From the NCBI RefSeq assembly GCF_041146345.1, contig NW_027191413.1:2790001-2854000 (forward strand): 64,000 bases of DNA, in the 5' to 3' direction. This stretch comes from Neodothiora populina (Eukaryota). This document shows, piece after piece, positions 22,741-34,141 of this stretch. The first letter of the stretch is position 1. Each line of letters begins with the position of its first letter. The notes under the pieces were generated by a model. That model was not told the DNA's origin. It saw nothing but the letters and a program-made list of their open reading frames with translations, and did no database searches. The position numbers and the translations under genes were made by a program.

Positions 22741-24905
22741 ATGAGACATGACAATCCTGACGAGTCTTCTCCGAACGGCAGCCACATACTGTCACAGCCC
22801 CTGTCGAATGGTTCTAGCAACAATGCTGATTCTACAAAGTCTCGCCTTATGAGCAACGGTTCGACATCTGACGCCCGCACAAATGGCCACTCTTTCGAGA
22901 GGCCGACCGCCCCTTTCTTCGGCCACGACCGGGAGGAGGTGACGCGCATACTCATACAGAGTCTGTCTGAATTAGGCTATCACAATGCTGCGAGCACTTT
23001 GAGCAGGGACAGCGGCTTCGAACTCGAGCTTCCCACTGTCGCTGCCTTCAGATCTGCCATTCATGCTGGTGAGTGGGCTGAAGCCGAGGCACTTCTATTT
23101 GGCCGGCGACAGGACAACGGTATCTCACTCAACCTTGCCTACCCACTCCTCAGCGATAAGACGAGTGGCGCTTCTTCGCCGGCGATCCACTCGGCTGGCC
23201 TGCCCCTGGCCGAGTCTGCTGATCGTCATGAGATGCTCTTCCTCATCCGTCAACAGAAATACCTCGAACTGCTGGAGAGTGGCGATCTGGCTACCGCGCT
23301 CATGGTCCTTCGTCAAGAGCTGACTCCGCTACATCAAGACGTGTCACGCCTACATACGCTTTCGAGGTACTGACGAGCCTCATGTAGTCCTTGTTCTATG
23401 AATTCCGCTGATGTTTCCTAGTCTGATAATGTGTGACTCAGCAAGTGATTTACGATCTCAAGCGAACTGGGACGGCTCCGCAGGTCAATCTCGGAATAGT
23501 TTGCTTTCCGAGCTATCAAGTGAGTCTTCTAGTCATCTTCTCTGCTCTCGTTCTCCGCTTCGTATCTTCAACTAATCTTTCCGAAGAATCGATATCGCCG
23601 TCGGTTATGATACCTGAACATCGCTTGGCTGTTTTACTAGATCAAGTGCAGGATCATCAGATCCGCCAATGTCTCTACCACAATACAACTACGCCACCAT
23701 CGCTCTACCATGATCATGTTTGCGATGGCAATGACTTTCCTCTACACATTCTTCAGGAACTCAAAGATCATACTGACGAGGTCTGGAATCTCGAATTCTC
23801 ACACAGCGGATCCATGCTCGCTTCTGCGGGAAAGGACAATAACGTCATCATATATAACACCAACAACTGGCGGCAGTTGTGGAACTTCCAAGAAATTCAC
23901 GATAGCGGCTCCAGCGACCAAGGCGTGTGTTATGTTACATGGAGTCCTGACGACCGTTATCTGCTCAGCTGTTCACAAGCCAAAGAGATCGTCATCTACG
24001 ACACCAAGAGTGGATACAAGATGGGTTGTATTGACCACTTCACCTATCCTGTGACAACTGCAGCATGGGCTCCTGACGGAGGCAGTTTTGTCGTAGGCTC
24101 GCAAGACGCCGATCGGCCACTCGGCCTTTATCAGCTTACAGACCAGAAGTTGATCCATGCCTGGTACAGCGATGACTCGAGAAAGCTTCGTGTCAATGAT
24201 TGCAGCATGTCCCCGGATGGCAGTCGATTAGCGGCCATCACGGACGACAACAGAGTCCTCGTATACGACTTCCAGACCAAAGTTAAGATAGCCGACTGGT
24301 ACATGGAAGACAAACTTACCTGCGTCACTCTCGGTCGTGATGGTAAGACCGTGCTAATCAGCATGAACGAAGGTCGCCTGATGCTTCTGGATTCCACGAC
24401 TGGAGAGATTGTGCAGCGATATGCCGGTCTCAAGCAGAGCCAATTCGTCATTCGAAGTGCCTTTGGGGGCGCGAACGAGAATTTTGTCGTTAGTGGAAGC
24501 GAAGGTGAGTTCCTCCCGAAAACTCTTCTTGGCGACGAACGTCATCAACAACACAGAAAGTGGAAGGAGCGGATCGGAAGCTAAGATATGCCTGGCGCTA
24601 ACTCGGGTCACACAGATTCACGTCTCTACATCTGGCGAACACAGACAGGTCAACAGGTCGCTGCTCTAGAGGCGCATCACCCGGGCACTGTCAACTGCGT
24701 GGCCTGGCACCCGACTGACTTTGGCATATTCGCGTCCGCTGGAGATGATCATAAAGTCAAGATGTATGTCGTTGCAGCTTCCCATATACTGATCTTGTCA
24801 ACGATAATGCTGACCATCCACCACAGATGGTCAAATGACTATGTAGCCAGGCGTGCGTCCGCACTACTTGGCGGATTCGGACGAAACCTCGGTGACGGGC
24901 TCTGA
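22741..24905 (+). CDS. GID7: GID/CTLH complex WD40 subunit (Gid7/WDR26); true start may be a CUG at 22405
   Basis: Exons 22741-23366, 23422-23519, 23587-24504, 24616-24763, 24827-24905. LisH-like DREEVTRILIQSLSELGY, CTLH FLIRQQKYLELLE, PSVMIPEHRLAVLL, and WD repeats HTDEVW..., FVIRSAFGG, FASAGDDHKVKIW. Confidence 0.92.
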
Positions 24906-26664
24906 GGGAACAAGGAGCGCAGAGAAAGATCCTGAACACGATGTGAATTCGGTGAAGGACACGGGATACTTTTGGACATGGACTTTTAAGACTGGACAAG
25001 GGCGTTTGCAGGTTTGCGTTTCGCAGGTAGGTCAAGATGATCGGCGTTTCCGTTTTGCTTCTGGATTTTCCTATGGTCACTCGATCCCCATCACACACCA
25101 AGGCGGTGACTGAACGGGGGATCGCACAGATTGTTCCGGCCATTCTACTTCTACAATTGCTCTTCGATCCCGTTATCCATAGCGTAGGCGTGGGCATGTG
25201 GGTGGCTAGTGTATGCAAAGTAACCCTATGTACATCAACCGACTGACCGACCAAACACTCTTCTTATCTTCGAAATTGCATATCTGCGGTCGAGGTCTTC
25301 TCTCCACATTGGAGGGAGAGGACCCCTGTACCATACTCGATTGACAATTGTCCGAGATGCCACAACGGACCACTTCGCGATAAATGACGTTCGGGAGCAG
25401 ATCTACGCCATACACGAAGTAGATAAACCATTATCTTGACAAAGGGTAAAAAGTGTAAGGACGATACAAATCGCCACTAATCCCGCATGAACATAAGGTA
25501 CCTCATGATAAGAATAGTAACGATATGATGTAACCGAGTTTTTCTACATGGGGGTAAATAATGCCAATGATCTGCCTCGCATCGATGAAATGGCAGCCGA
25601 CCTTCGATTGAGAGTCTGCAGGAACCAATATGCAGTACAGCGCAGAACATGCAGTCTACCCACGACGACTGCAAAATGCGTGGTCCAAATGCTACTGTAC
25701 ATTTGCTGTATCGGGATGCGAACGGTCAAGCGCACGGGCCGGACCGGGCTTTGGAAGCATGTGTGCACTCTCTCTTTCGCCTTTTCACGATATCTGAAAG
25801 ATTCGCTTAGGTAACTACCCGACTATGTTGCTCGATATGGGTCAAGTTATCTTATTATAGCGCGTTTTTTCCAGTCAAGGCACACTATATTGACTAGCAT
25901 GCCTTTGAATCATACCTTATCTTCGAGGTGAGAAGCACTCAACACAGCCTCAGAGTGGCAATGGAGCCCCACCCCGCAGAGCTGCTCTTACCGGCCTTCT
26001 CTACGGTAAGGTACATGTCACTCAGAGCTTACAGACGTTGAAGGCCAGATCAGGTATGCGGCGATCAATTGAAGCTTTGTCGCCATCAATTCCAGGGCTG
26101 GCACAGACAGCAGATCACGTTTTTGACAAACGTTTGACGGCAACTTGAAGTTCTGCAGACTCCCAAAACTCGCTCAACTGTTCCGGTCTGAGCTGAGTGG
26201 TCTCACTTTACCAACCCTTCGGAGCCGACGTCCATTACGCTTGTCTCTCATCAATCGTCGGCTCCGATCCAGCGTGATTGCTCAACGTGACGGGGTGGGA
26301 AAGCGTGTACGCGAGCTGTAGATCTCCCCGTTATGACAGAGATATGCTTCCAACCGGTCGAGCGAAGTCCATTGCTATCTTATACGTTCCACCTCCACTG
26401 CCCGCCACTCCAACGTCTTATTCCCCGCGTGCGTGTCTTTTACTAGCGGTAACAGATGATCCATTGCCTACCCTTTGTTCGCCAGTACACGATTCCGCTA
26501 GTCTAGGCATGAATCTTTTGTTTCTCTGCTTCATATCTTACTGTACGCTTTCTAGTTCCATGTCTCTCACTCTACACTGTTCGGGTGATCTGCTCAGCTT
26601 GCTCGCATATGCCTGTCTAATCGTGTCACCATATCCCTTTCCCAACCCTTTCCCAAGCGTTTCC

Positions 26665-26746
26665 CATACCATGTCTCGAGTGGTTCCCAGAGTCCGGAAC
26701 TAACGGAGAAGGATATCATTGGCGGGTTCGAACCCTGCGATAATTG
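26665..26746 (+). other. tRNA-like element (degenerate tRNA, SINE head or Pol III A/B-box); acceptor stem unpaired
   Basis: A-box-like TGTCTCGAGTGG; D-like stem CTC/GAG; hairpin TCCG-gaactaa-CGGA; canonical T-arm GCGGG-TTCGAAC-CCTGC at 26722-26738. Confidence 0.35.
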
Positions 26747-28041
26747 TCTCCGTCCAGGAATCGAGAGAGTGACTATCGATGGTCCGACTTTCTCGTAATA
26801 CTATATACAGCACTATGGTACGCCAAAAATTATTAAAAGCTTCAGCTGCATAAGTAGTATTTCGAACGGTTGATCTGCAGGAACCCGCGAGTAAGCCTGC
26901 GTTTCACAAGATCCTTCTGACCCGTAGGCGTCCATAATACGCGCTTTCCCTCTAGTGTACCATTGCACGGCCAGCCTATGCATGGGAACGCAAACACCAC
27001 TGCAGAAATATTGTAGAGACCTTTCGTTCTACATGTTCGGCCTGGAGCTTTTCAAGGCCGTTTCGACTAGCGTGATAGTGACACGCTTTCAATCCCATAC
27101 CAAAGCAATGGAAGATACAAGTCTGAAGATCCTCATGGGTATGTAACTTTCGGGCCTGCCGCAGCCTTCGCTCGCGCGCGTTGCAGCTTGTACTGCCTAT
27201 GTGTCTTGCAACGTTTCTCACCTGCCCGCGCCGCACCGTGTCTGTGCGCGCGCCAACTGTTCTTCTTTTTCGCGTACACTTTCGTGCATACTATGACCAG
27301 GTATGGGAGAATTATCGATGATCACCGCCTTTTCCGTGCCTCGTGTTTCCTCGCCCTGCAGAGCTTCCTGCTCTGCTTGCTGCAGTCACAGTGTTCCGTA
27401 CAGACATTAACGCCACCTCGTGCACTCTGATTTGTCGCACACACACCCTCCTTGCTCTGTTTATAGACTTTATTTCATGATTCTGATTCATGTCTTTTCT
27501 CGCTTTGCATCCGTTCCACACCTTTCTGGATAGCCCCATCCGGAATTCGTCGAGTCGGTTCTAGTAAAGCGTGTCCGAGGGGGTGGGGTTACATGCGTAT
27601 GGTACCCTACCTGATGTGCGCACCGTACGGTCGTGCGTGCGGGCAGTGCATCGACCTTGTATGCAGGGCCCGGTAGGGAAGCAACGACAGACCATCGTGC
27701 CGTCCCATTTTCCAGCATAGGTACTTGTATCATCAAGCATCATCGCGTGTGCCTTGGGATTTTCCGCCGATCATTTATAGTCTTTTCCATTTCCTTGTCG
27801 ATTCTTTCTTCATCCTCCATCTCCAATTCACTCGTTCTGGCCCTGTGTAAGCAACAATTGCTCGTGGCACTAAACAAACGACTTCACAATCTTTTGAAAC
27901 TTGCGGCTGATTCCCTCTTCTCCACACCCGTTTTGCTCGTCTACCGCTTGTTTCACTTTGCATAATCGTGAAGCATAAAAAAGGCCACATATCACGACCC
28001 TATCTGCATTCCGTTGCGATTTGATTCATCGATCATTCATC

Positions 28042-29206
28042 ATGCTGTTCTCTTCAATCCTCTCAGTTGCTGTAGTAGCTTCGGCTGGAGCAATGGCTGC
28101 TGAATCTGCCGCTCCCTTTGTCATCGAGTACATGACCTCGCACCAACCCACTGGCAATCCAGATGGCCAAGTGAACTATTACCACGTCGATTTCAACCTG
28201 TCCTCGAGTAGCAAGGATGGCGCTCCAGTCAACTGCTGGGCAACGTGGGGTGATAACTCGTACAGCCAACAGGAGGCGTACTCAGTCAATGTGCCGACTG
28301 GCAGCTGGATTCCTTGTCAAGGGTCGGATCAGCACTTTGCTTTCCAGCTGTATCCCTACTTCTCCATTGGAAACTTCTCCCTTGGACTCTTGGAAAACTA
28401 CACTGACTCCACGTATGTATTATCCTTTTCTCTGCAACTTGTGATTCTGTCTTCTATCTACTCCCTCCTGCGTTCCTCCATTTCAAGCGCGCACAATTTT
28501 CCTTGTATCGTTGGCCTTGGGGTCTTCTCACTGCGGCGATGTCTCCCAGTCCGTATTCTTTGGTTTCCTTCTACGCATCACCGCATTGCTCTAGCTTCGG
28601 CGCAAGAGTGATTACATACTCCGGGGAACCAAACATTGTTCTTCTCATCAATGAGCAATTGTGCTGATCTTCTTGTGTGCATCTAGTGGAACTGCCATGA
28701 CCGCAACTACTACTACTCACGTCACAAACACGACTTCTGCATATGCCTGCGATATTACAGCAAGCGAAGTCGAATACGTCCAGCACGCTCATGGTGATTG
28801 TTCCATGGCCGCGAATGCTTCTGTCGTTACCGTTCCAGCCGCAGACGTCGTCCCCGCGACTGCCTGCACGAAAAACGTCAATGCCACCTTCATGGCCGCC
28901 TACCCTACCAAGTGGGGACAAACGATTCTCCTCACTGGTAGTCTTCCACAGCTCGGAAGCTGGAACGCCAAGAAAGCGATCAAGATGAAGGGTAGCTCTC
29001 CTAGCCCACCCCCAGCATGGCCCATCTTCACCGCATATGTGGACATCGAACCTGGTGTCGATTTCGAGTACAGATACATCTTCGTCAACACGACAGGCAA
29101 GCGGACGGAGGAGTACGGCGACAACAGATACGACACTACCCCGAGCTACGCATGCAACGGGAACTACCTGGTCGGTCAGGATCCTGATGATGTCCGTATC
29201 GAGTAG
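28042..29206 (+). CDS. Secreted protein: signal peptide + AA1-like small beta domain + C-terminal CBM20 starch-binding module
   Basis: Exons 28042-28412 and 28687-29206 join in frame. Signal MLFSSILSVAVVASAGAMA; CBM20 motif TKWGQTILLTGSLPQLGSWN...FEYRYI...GDNR. Confidence 0.8.
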
Positions 29207-31933
29207 ATTGGCAGTCACTTATGAGTGTCGGAGCCCCGGATTGCCTTTTTCCAGTGCCTGGCCACCTGCATGATTTTGCGGATACACACATGGCACAGAA
29301 AGAGATCGTCCATGCAATGACTCTATTCGGAGATTGGGCCTTTTTGAAGTTGAGCAACCCACGGAGATCAGTGTACGAGGAGGGACTCGTCGAGTATACT
29401 GAATAATGACGATGTGACGAGATATGAACTAGAAGGCGATATATTATTGGGGTATAATCGCAAAGACTACAGAAAGGTCTTTGACGTTCAAGGCATGGAT
29501 TTGAAACAGGTTTTTTGAAAGTACATAATTGACAAAACATTTGAATGATCTTACTGGTCCATCTCATGCTATTTTGTGATTGTTTTGTCTCGGATCGCTG
29601 GACCGAGAGAGGTCTCATCTCTGCTGATGCATCCTTTGAAACCCCCCAGACTGTGTGATTCGACAGCCACGCGACAGAAGACAGGGGTGATGTGAGGAAC
29701 TAGAGGGGAATATTATTGTTCTTGCATATGCGTTGCGCCACCACCATGCAAGCGTTCTTATGAAGAAAAAGAAAGCAAAGCAGAGGGATGTGAAGAGATC
29801 AAGTGAGACATTTTCCTTTTTCTCTCTTAATTCTTTTTTGTGCCTTTTCCTGTTATAAATATCTACAGTAGCATGCTTCCAGCAGGATGGCACGAACGAC
29901 TGTTAATGTTTTAGTTCAATCCCAAAGCAGACTCTTCCGGTTTGGTCTTTTCTTAGCCCTTTCTTTTTTTTCTGCATACTTCTTGTTCTTCTTCTTTTGA
30001 GTAGGAGAAGGGGGAACCGCCGATGGTATTTCCGAGTCGTTGGCATTGCTACTGTCGCTGCTACTGCTGATGCAACCTAATTGAAGTTTCCATGTGCTCA
30101 ATGGGAATCACAAGGCACACTTGCTTATTCGTTTTCAGGGACTTGTAGTGAACCTACTGGTCTCTGAAACCAAGCGCTCGGTTATATGATGTCTTTCTCT
30201 CCTACTGGCGTATCTCCGTCCCTTCATTGTTCAAGAACTCTTCAATCACCTCCTCAGCAATCAATCTCTTCTCGCTCGATCTCCTACGAGCTGGCTTGCT
30301 GTATCTCACCAGGATCTCTCTTGTGCATGTTTCACCCCAGTCGCATCTTTCTGGCATCTACCGCTCCTTACTTCTTATGTACAAATATATAAACTTTGTT
30401 CCCTCAGAGGTTCCGATTTCCAAGACGTTTCTTTCTGTTCTTTGGGTATGCAGGTACAGTCGTATCCTCGGAAATTGTCGGTCCTTGGCTGTCATCTTAG
30501 ATACTGTGACCTTTGGCAGTCAAAAGATGTGGGTTATACTTCATGACACGATGGTTCTTGATCATGGTCTATAGTCTGCGGGTCTAGAGTTCGTGGTATG
30601 GTTCGTACCATGGACTAATCACTTGACATTTTCTGGGGTTTCTTAATTGCTTGGTTCACCCTCACTTAAGACCTTCGTAGCTATCTTGCCTCTGTCTCGG
30701 TGTTAGCAATGAAATGTGTCTCGGGGGCATCACTGCGGAATGTAGAAACACCGCCCCGCGCAGAGAGGTATGGGATAAATCACTCGCCGCAGGGCCCATG
30801 GAAAACCCGTCGATATAGTTCGTGGAGTCGGAACGTCGCGGTCGATACCGTGGTCGACACTAGACATTTTTCTCTTCTTCCATTACTCGAGTCCCCATGT
30901 CTCTCATGTCTTCGTCTTGTTACCAGATTTGGAAAGTGCGTATATCCCTCGAGAATGGAACGGTAGGGGATACCGCGGAGATATCGAGAAAGGAAAAAGA
31001 GAGCCGAGAGATCAATCTACAATCAGACACCCGGCTGATAGAACCATCGATATTGTTTGTGAGATCAAGAGATATCTCATTGTGATGTAGTGGACATCTA
31101 CAAAGTCTCCCTGCCTGTATCTAGGGGTGCAATTGTGAATCGGTTGTGCTTCGAGGTGTTATGAATGCCTTGTGAGATACCACCGGGGGGTGTGCTTCTT
31201 GTCTGTAAGCGCCGGGTGCGGTCTTACTAGACCTTTCGATTATTAGCATTGGATTCGTTGCTGATAAGCAGCGGTCCTAGATTCTTCTGCTCTGTAGCAG
31301 TGAAGTGAATATAGTGGGAGAGCTCGGACTTTGGCTTTGACATATAGTTCTTCATATATGAGTCGTTTCTTATAGATGTATACAAAAGGAGGCAGAGGGG
31401 GGTGTGGTGTAGGTGGAGCAAGACTCTCGAAGAGCAAGATAGGATGCGGTCGTATGAGTTGCCGTTTGAGTGAGATAAATAAAGGGATGACATGGGAGAA
31501 GTATCCTATCTTTGCGTTATGCAAGTGTTGTCAGAGTATCTGTGGCGTTAGATAAGATGAAACGTGTCTCAGCACGAGAAGTGTGAAGTGTCACTTTCAG
31601 ATTCTGCATACCTTGACTGTTATTCATGGAGCTGAGAGGAATATATATTGCAAGGAGCTTGTGTATTCCCTTTTTGTTCAGAGGCAGGATGCTTCATGCT
31701 AAGTGCCGGATCTTAGCTACCGAAAGGAAGACAACAGAGTGCTACTGAGCCGATGATAAACATGTAACATACCAGACCACAGAAAGCAATCGTATATGGT
31801 GAAGCAATTGAAATGATGGCATGTAAACATGCAAGGACACAGTCGCATTTTGCTGGACTGACATGCAACGGCACAAAAAGCAGAAGACAAGTAAAGAACG
31901 CTTGATAGAAGAGATAAAAGATAGGAAAATAAA

Positions 31934-34141
31934 TCACCACGTCCCACCGTCGACTCCCTTCATCTCTTTCCAAAACTGCCTCGGATCAATCTCAGCAACA
32001 ACAGGCAAGACCTGAAACCTCAGCCCCGAAAACCCAACGATGCAATTGAATGCTCGATCTCTGCCCTTGACACCCTTTAGCGTCATGGTCTCTCCGTTTG
32101 TAAACACAAACTCCAGACCCATAGCTTTGGTGGGCACCAGAGGAATGGTAGGCAGACCGGGAGGTGCGAGAGAAGAATATGTCTTGCGCATCTCGATCAA
32201 TTCTGGCCAAGTATGGCGCCAGACTTCTTTACTCTTGTCGAGGCGCGTGAAGCGCAGACCGGACGAGTATATTGTCAGATGTCCTCGGATCTGATTTTGG
32301 TGGGCGCGGAAAGAGAGGATGTCCTGACTGTCTAGGATACTGGTCGAGGATTTGGCGCTCACAAAGGATGCTGTATCACTGGCAACCGAGCTTTCGCTGT
32401 CGCTGCTGGATGTGGTGGTTTCGTCATTGCTGTCGTAGAAATCATTGTTGTGCATGTCATCGATTGGCTCTATTGGTCCGTTGACAGAGACAGCCGTGCC
32501 GCCGAGATAAGCTGAAGCATGAGATCTCTCTTTCGCGTGTTGTTTCTCTACTTTTCTCTCGATGAGGCGGACTCGTGTATTCTGTGCCTTTTCTCGAAGA
32601 CACATCATGGACCATTCGTTGTCATCTGGAATATCCCAGAAAATCCACATGATTGTATTGACAATATGCCTATACTGTGGATACCAACTTCTTACCCAAA
32701 ACCCTAAGAAGAAATTAGAGATGCAAAACAGCCAGACGGTCTTCATGCTGGCATCCGTGCTGGTCAAAGTGCCAAAGACAACAGCACAAGCGAGCCAATA
32801 GAGTGATGCCCAGGTCAGTCCAGGAGCACGCCACTCATAGAAGTTGTTCATTATTTCGAGGAAGCTAGCTACATCGGATGTGTAGTACTGCAGTTTACCC
32901 AATTCCTCCGTGGCAGAATCCGGCCAATCGTCTCCGTGCTTGTTGATAAGCTCGGTCAGCCTATGTGCGGCCTTGCCACTGTCTCTGGTTCGGTTGTACG
33001 ACTCTCGAATAGCAGAAGCTTTCTTTTCGCTATATTTGTTCTCCAACACTTTGAACGCAAAGTATGCCAGGGCAAAGGTTACTACGTAGTTCATGTACCA
33101 TACAATGCACCAGACGAACAGCCACCGCCCTGTCTTTGCCGGGTGTTCCCAGCGATAGAGTTGGCGTAGAGATACAAGGAAAGGTTGCCAGGGCGAGAAT
33201 GCGATAAGCAAACGTTCTAGTTGTCCGATCATTGTATCGCGATCGAAAGGTGCCTGTCCAGCATAGTCGACATGTCTCATGCTGTTATGCACGAAATTGA
33301 GCACATTATGCTTAGACCTCGCGGACAGATAGGAACGCCAATCCAGAACTTGCTTTCCAGATATTTTGTCAAGTGTGTAATGGTTTTCTTTTCGCGGAAT
33401 GGGTACCTCGCGTTTCGGGACGACTATAACACGCTTTATGTGATGTGTGGTAGTCCAGGCGACTTTGCGATTCTCTCTGGCTTTATCGAGAGCGCGGATA
33501 CGTGCTTCGTTATGCTCGATGTCGCCCAAGTCGCCGGAGATGCGACGACGAGGAGATGCACATTTCGCTCTATCCAGCGAGTCATGTGCATTGAGGTAAG
33601 CCTCATCCGCCCCATCTGACAGGTAAGGCTCGTCCTCAAGCATAACTTTGGAGGTCGCTATCTTCTTCGCCGCTTGAATGGGATGGGCTAAGGCGTGGAT
33701 ACCCGAAGAAAGATTGTCCTTGAATCTATGGGCGGTCGCTTCAGCACCCTTGTGTTTCTCGGCGATCAGCATCGACGGCTCGAACGCAGGATTATGAAGT
33801 TCCTCATATGGATCATCAAACTCGTCATCCTGCGCCTGAGCTTCCTCGGGACTCGCATTGTGCTTCCATAGAAGATGCTTTGTTTTGACTTTGGTCTGTC
33901 TGCCTATGCTTTTCACCTTCTGCGTCTTATTGTGGACGTACTCCTTTGTGGTCAATCGGCGCTGAGGGGCGCCGCCAGCACTCATGGCCGAGTCTCGTTT
34001 GCTGGATGCTTCGGTGACACTTGTGGTCTCTTCGGACCATCGTGAGTAGCTGCGACGCGAGTCGACATTTCGAGGTGGGGTCGTCCTGGTGTTGACAGAC
34101 TTCTGTCCTCGCACAAGTCCGACATCATGTGAGTTGGCCAT
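31934..34141 (-). CDS. Membrane protein with C-terminal GRAM/PH-like domain (735 aa, intronless)
   Basis: Long ORF with two hydrophobic hairpin regions (LYRWEHPAKTGRWLFVWCIVW; NFYEWRAPGLTWASLYWL), an acidic/Ser linker and a PH-GRAM-like end (FRAHQNQIRGHLTIYSSGLRF...RDRAFNCIVGFSG). Confidence 0.75.
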   Translation of the reverse strand: MANSHDVGLVRGQKSVNTRTTPPRNVDSRRSYSRWSEETTSVTEASSKRDSAMSAGGAPQRRLTTKEYVHNKTQKVKSIGRQTKVKTKHLLWKHNASPEEAQAQDDEFDDPYEELHNPAFEPSMLIAEKHKGAEATAHRFKDNLSSGIHALAHPIQAAKKIATSKVMLEDEPYLSDGADEAYLNAHDSLDRAKCASPRRRISGDLGDIEHNEARIRALDKARENRKVAWTTTHHIKRVIVVPKREVPIPRKENHYTLDKISGKQVLDWRSYLSARSKHNVLNFVHNSMRHVDYAGQAPFDRDTMIGQLERLLIAFSPWQPFLVSLRQLYRWEHPAKTGRWLFVWCIVWYMNYVVTFALAYFAFKVLENKYSEKKASAIRESYNRTRDSGKAAHRLTELINKHGDDWPDSATEELGKLQYYTSDVASFLEIMNNFYEWRAPGLTWASLYWLACAVVFGTLTSTDASMKTVWLFCISNFFLGFWVRSWYPQYRHIVNTIMWIFWDIPDDNEWSMMCLREKAQNTRVRLIERKVEKQHAKERSHASAYLGGTAVSVNGPIEPIDDMHNNDFYDSNDETTTSSSDSESSVASDTASFVSAKSSTSILDSQDILSFRAHQNQIRGHLTIYSSGLRFTRLDKSKEVWRHTWPELIEMRKTYSSLAPPGLPTIPLVPTKAMGLEFVFTNGETMTLKGVKGRDRAFNCIVGFSGLRFQVLPVVAEIDPRQFWKEMKGVDGGTW

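Noticed and set aside
25221..25228. TAACCCTA as a telomerase RNA template (also on the minus strand at 7521-7528)
   Set aside because: About two such 8-mers are expected by chance over both strands, and I recognised no pseudoknot or CR4/5 support.
25576..25598. CTCGCATCGATGAA..GCAGC resembles part of 5.8S rRNA, or an antisense snoRNA guide
   Set aside because: Only 11-14 nt match, with no flanking rRNA similarity and no C box on the guide strand.
27530..27762. Minus-strand GGAAAATCCC ... ATGGGGCTA as RNase MRP CR-I/CR-V
   Set aside because: The P4 pairing is imperfect, and the GARAR loop and CR-IV were not found.
29900..31530. Short minus-strand ORF fragments in an AT-richer gap (possible pseudogene or RIP relic)
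   Set aside because: I recognised no protein family, terminal repeats or consistent splice model.
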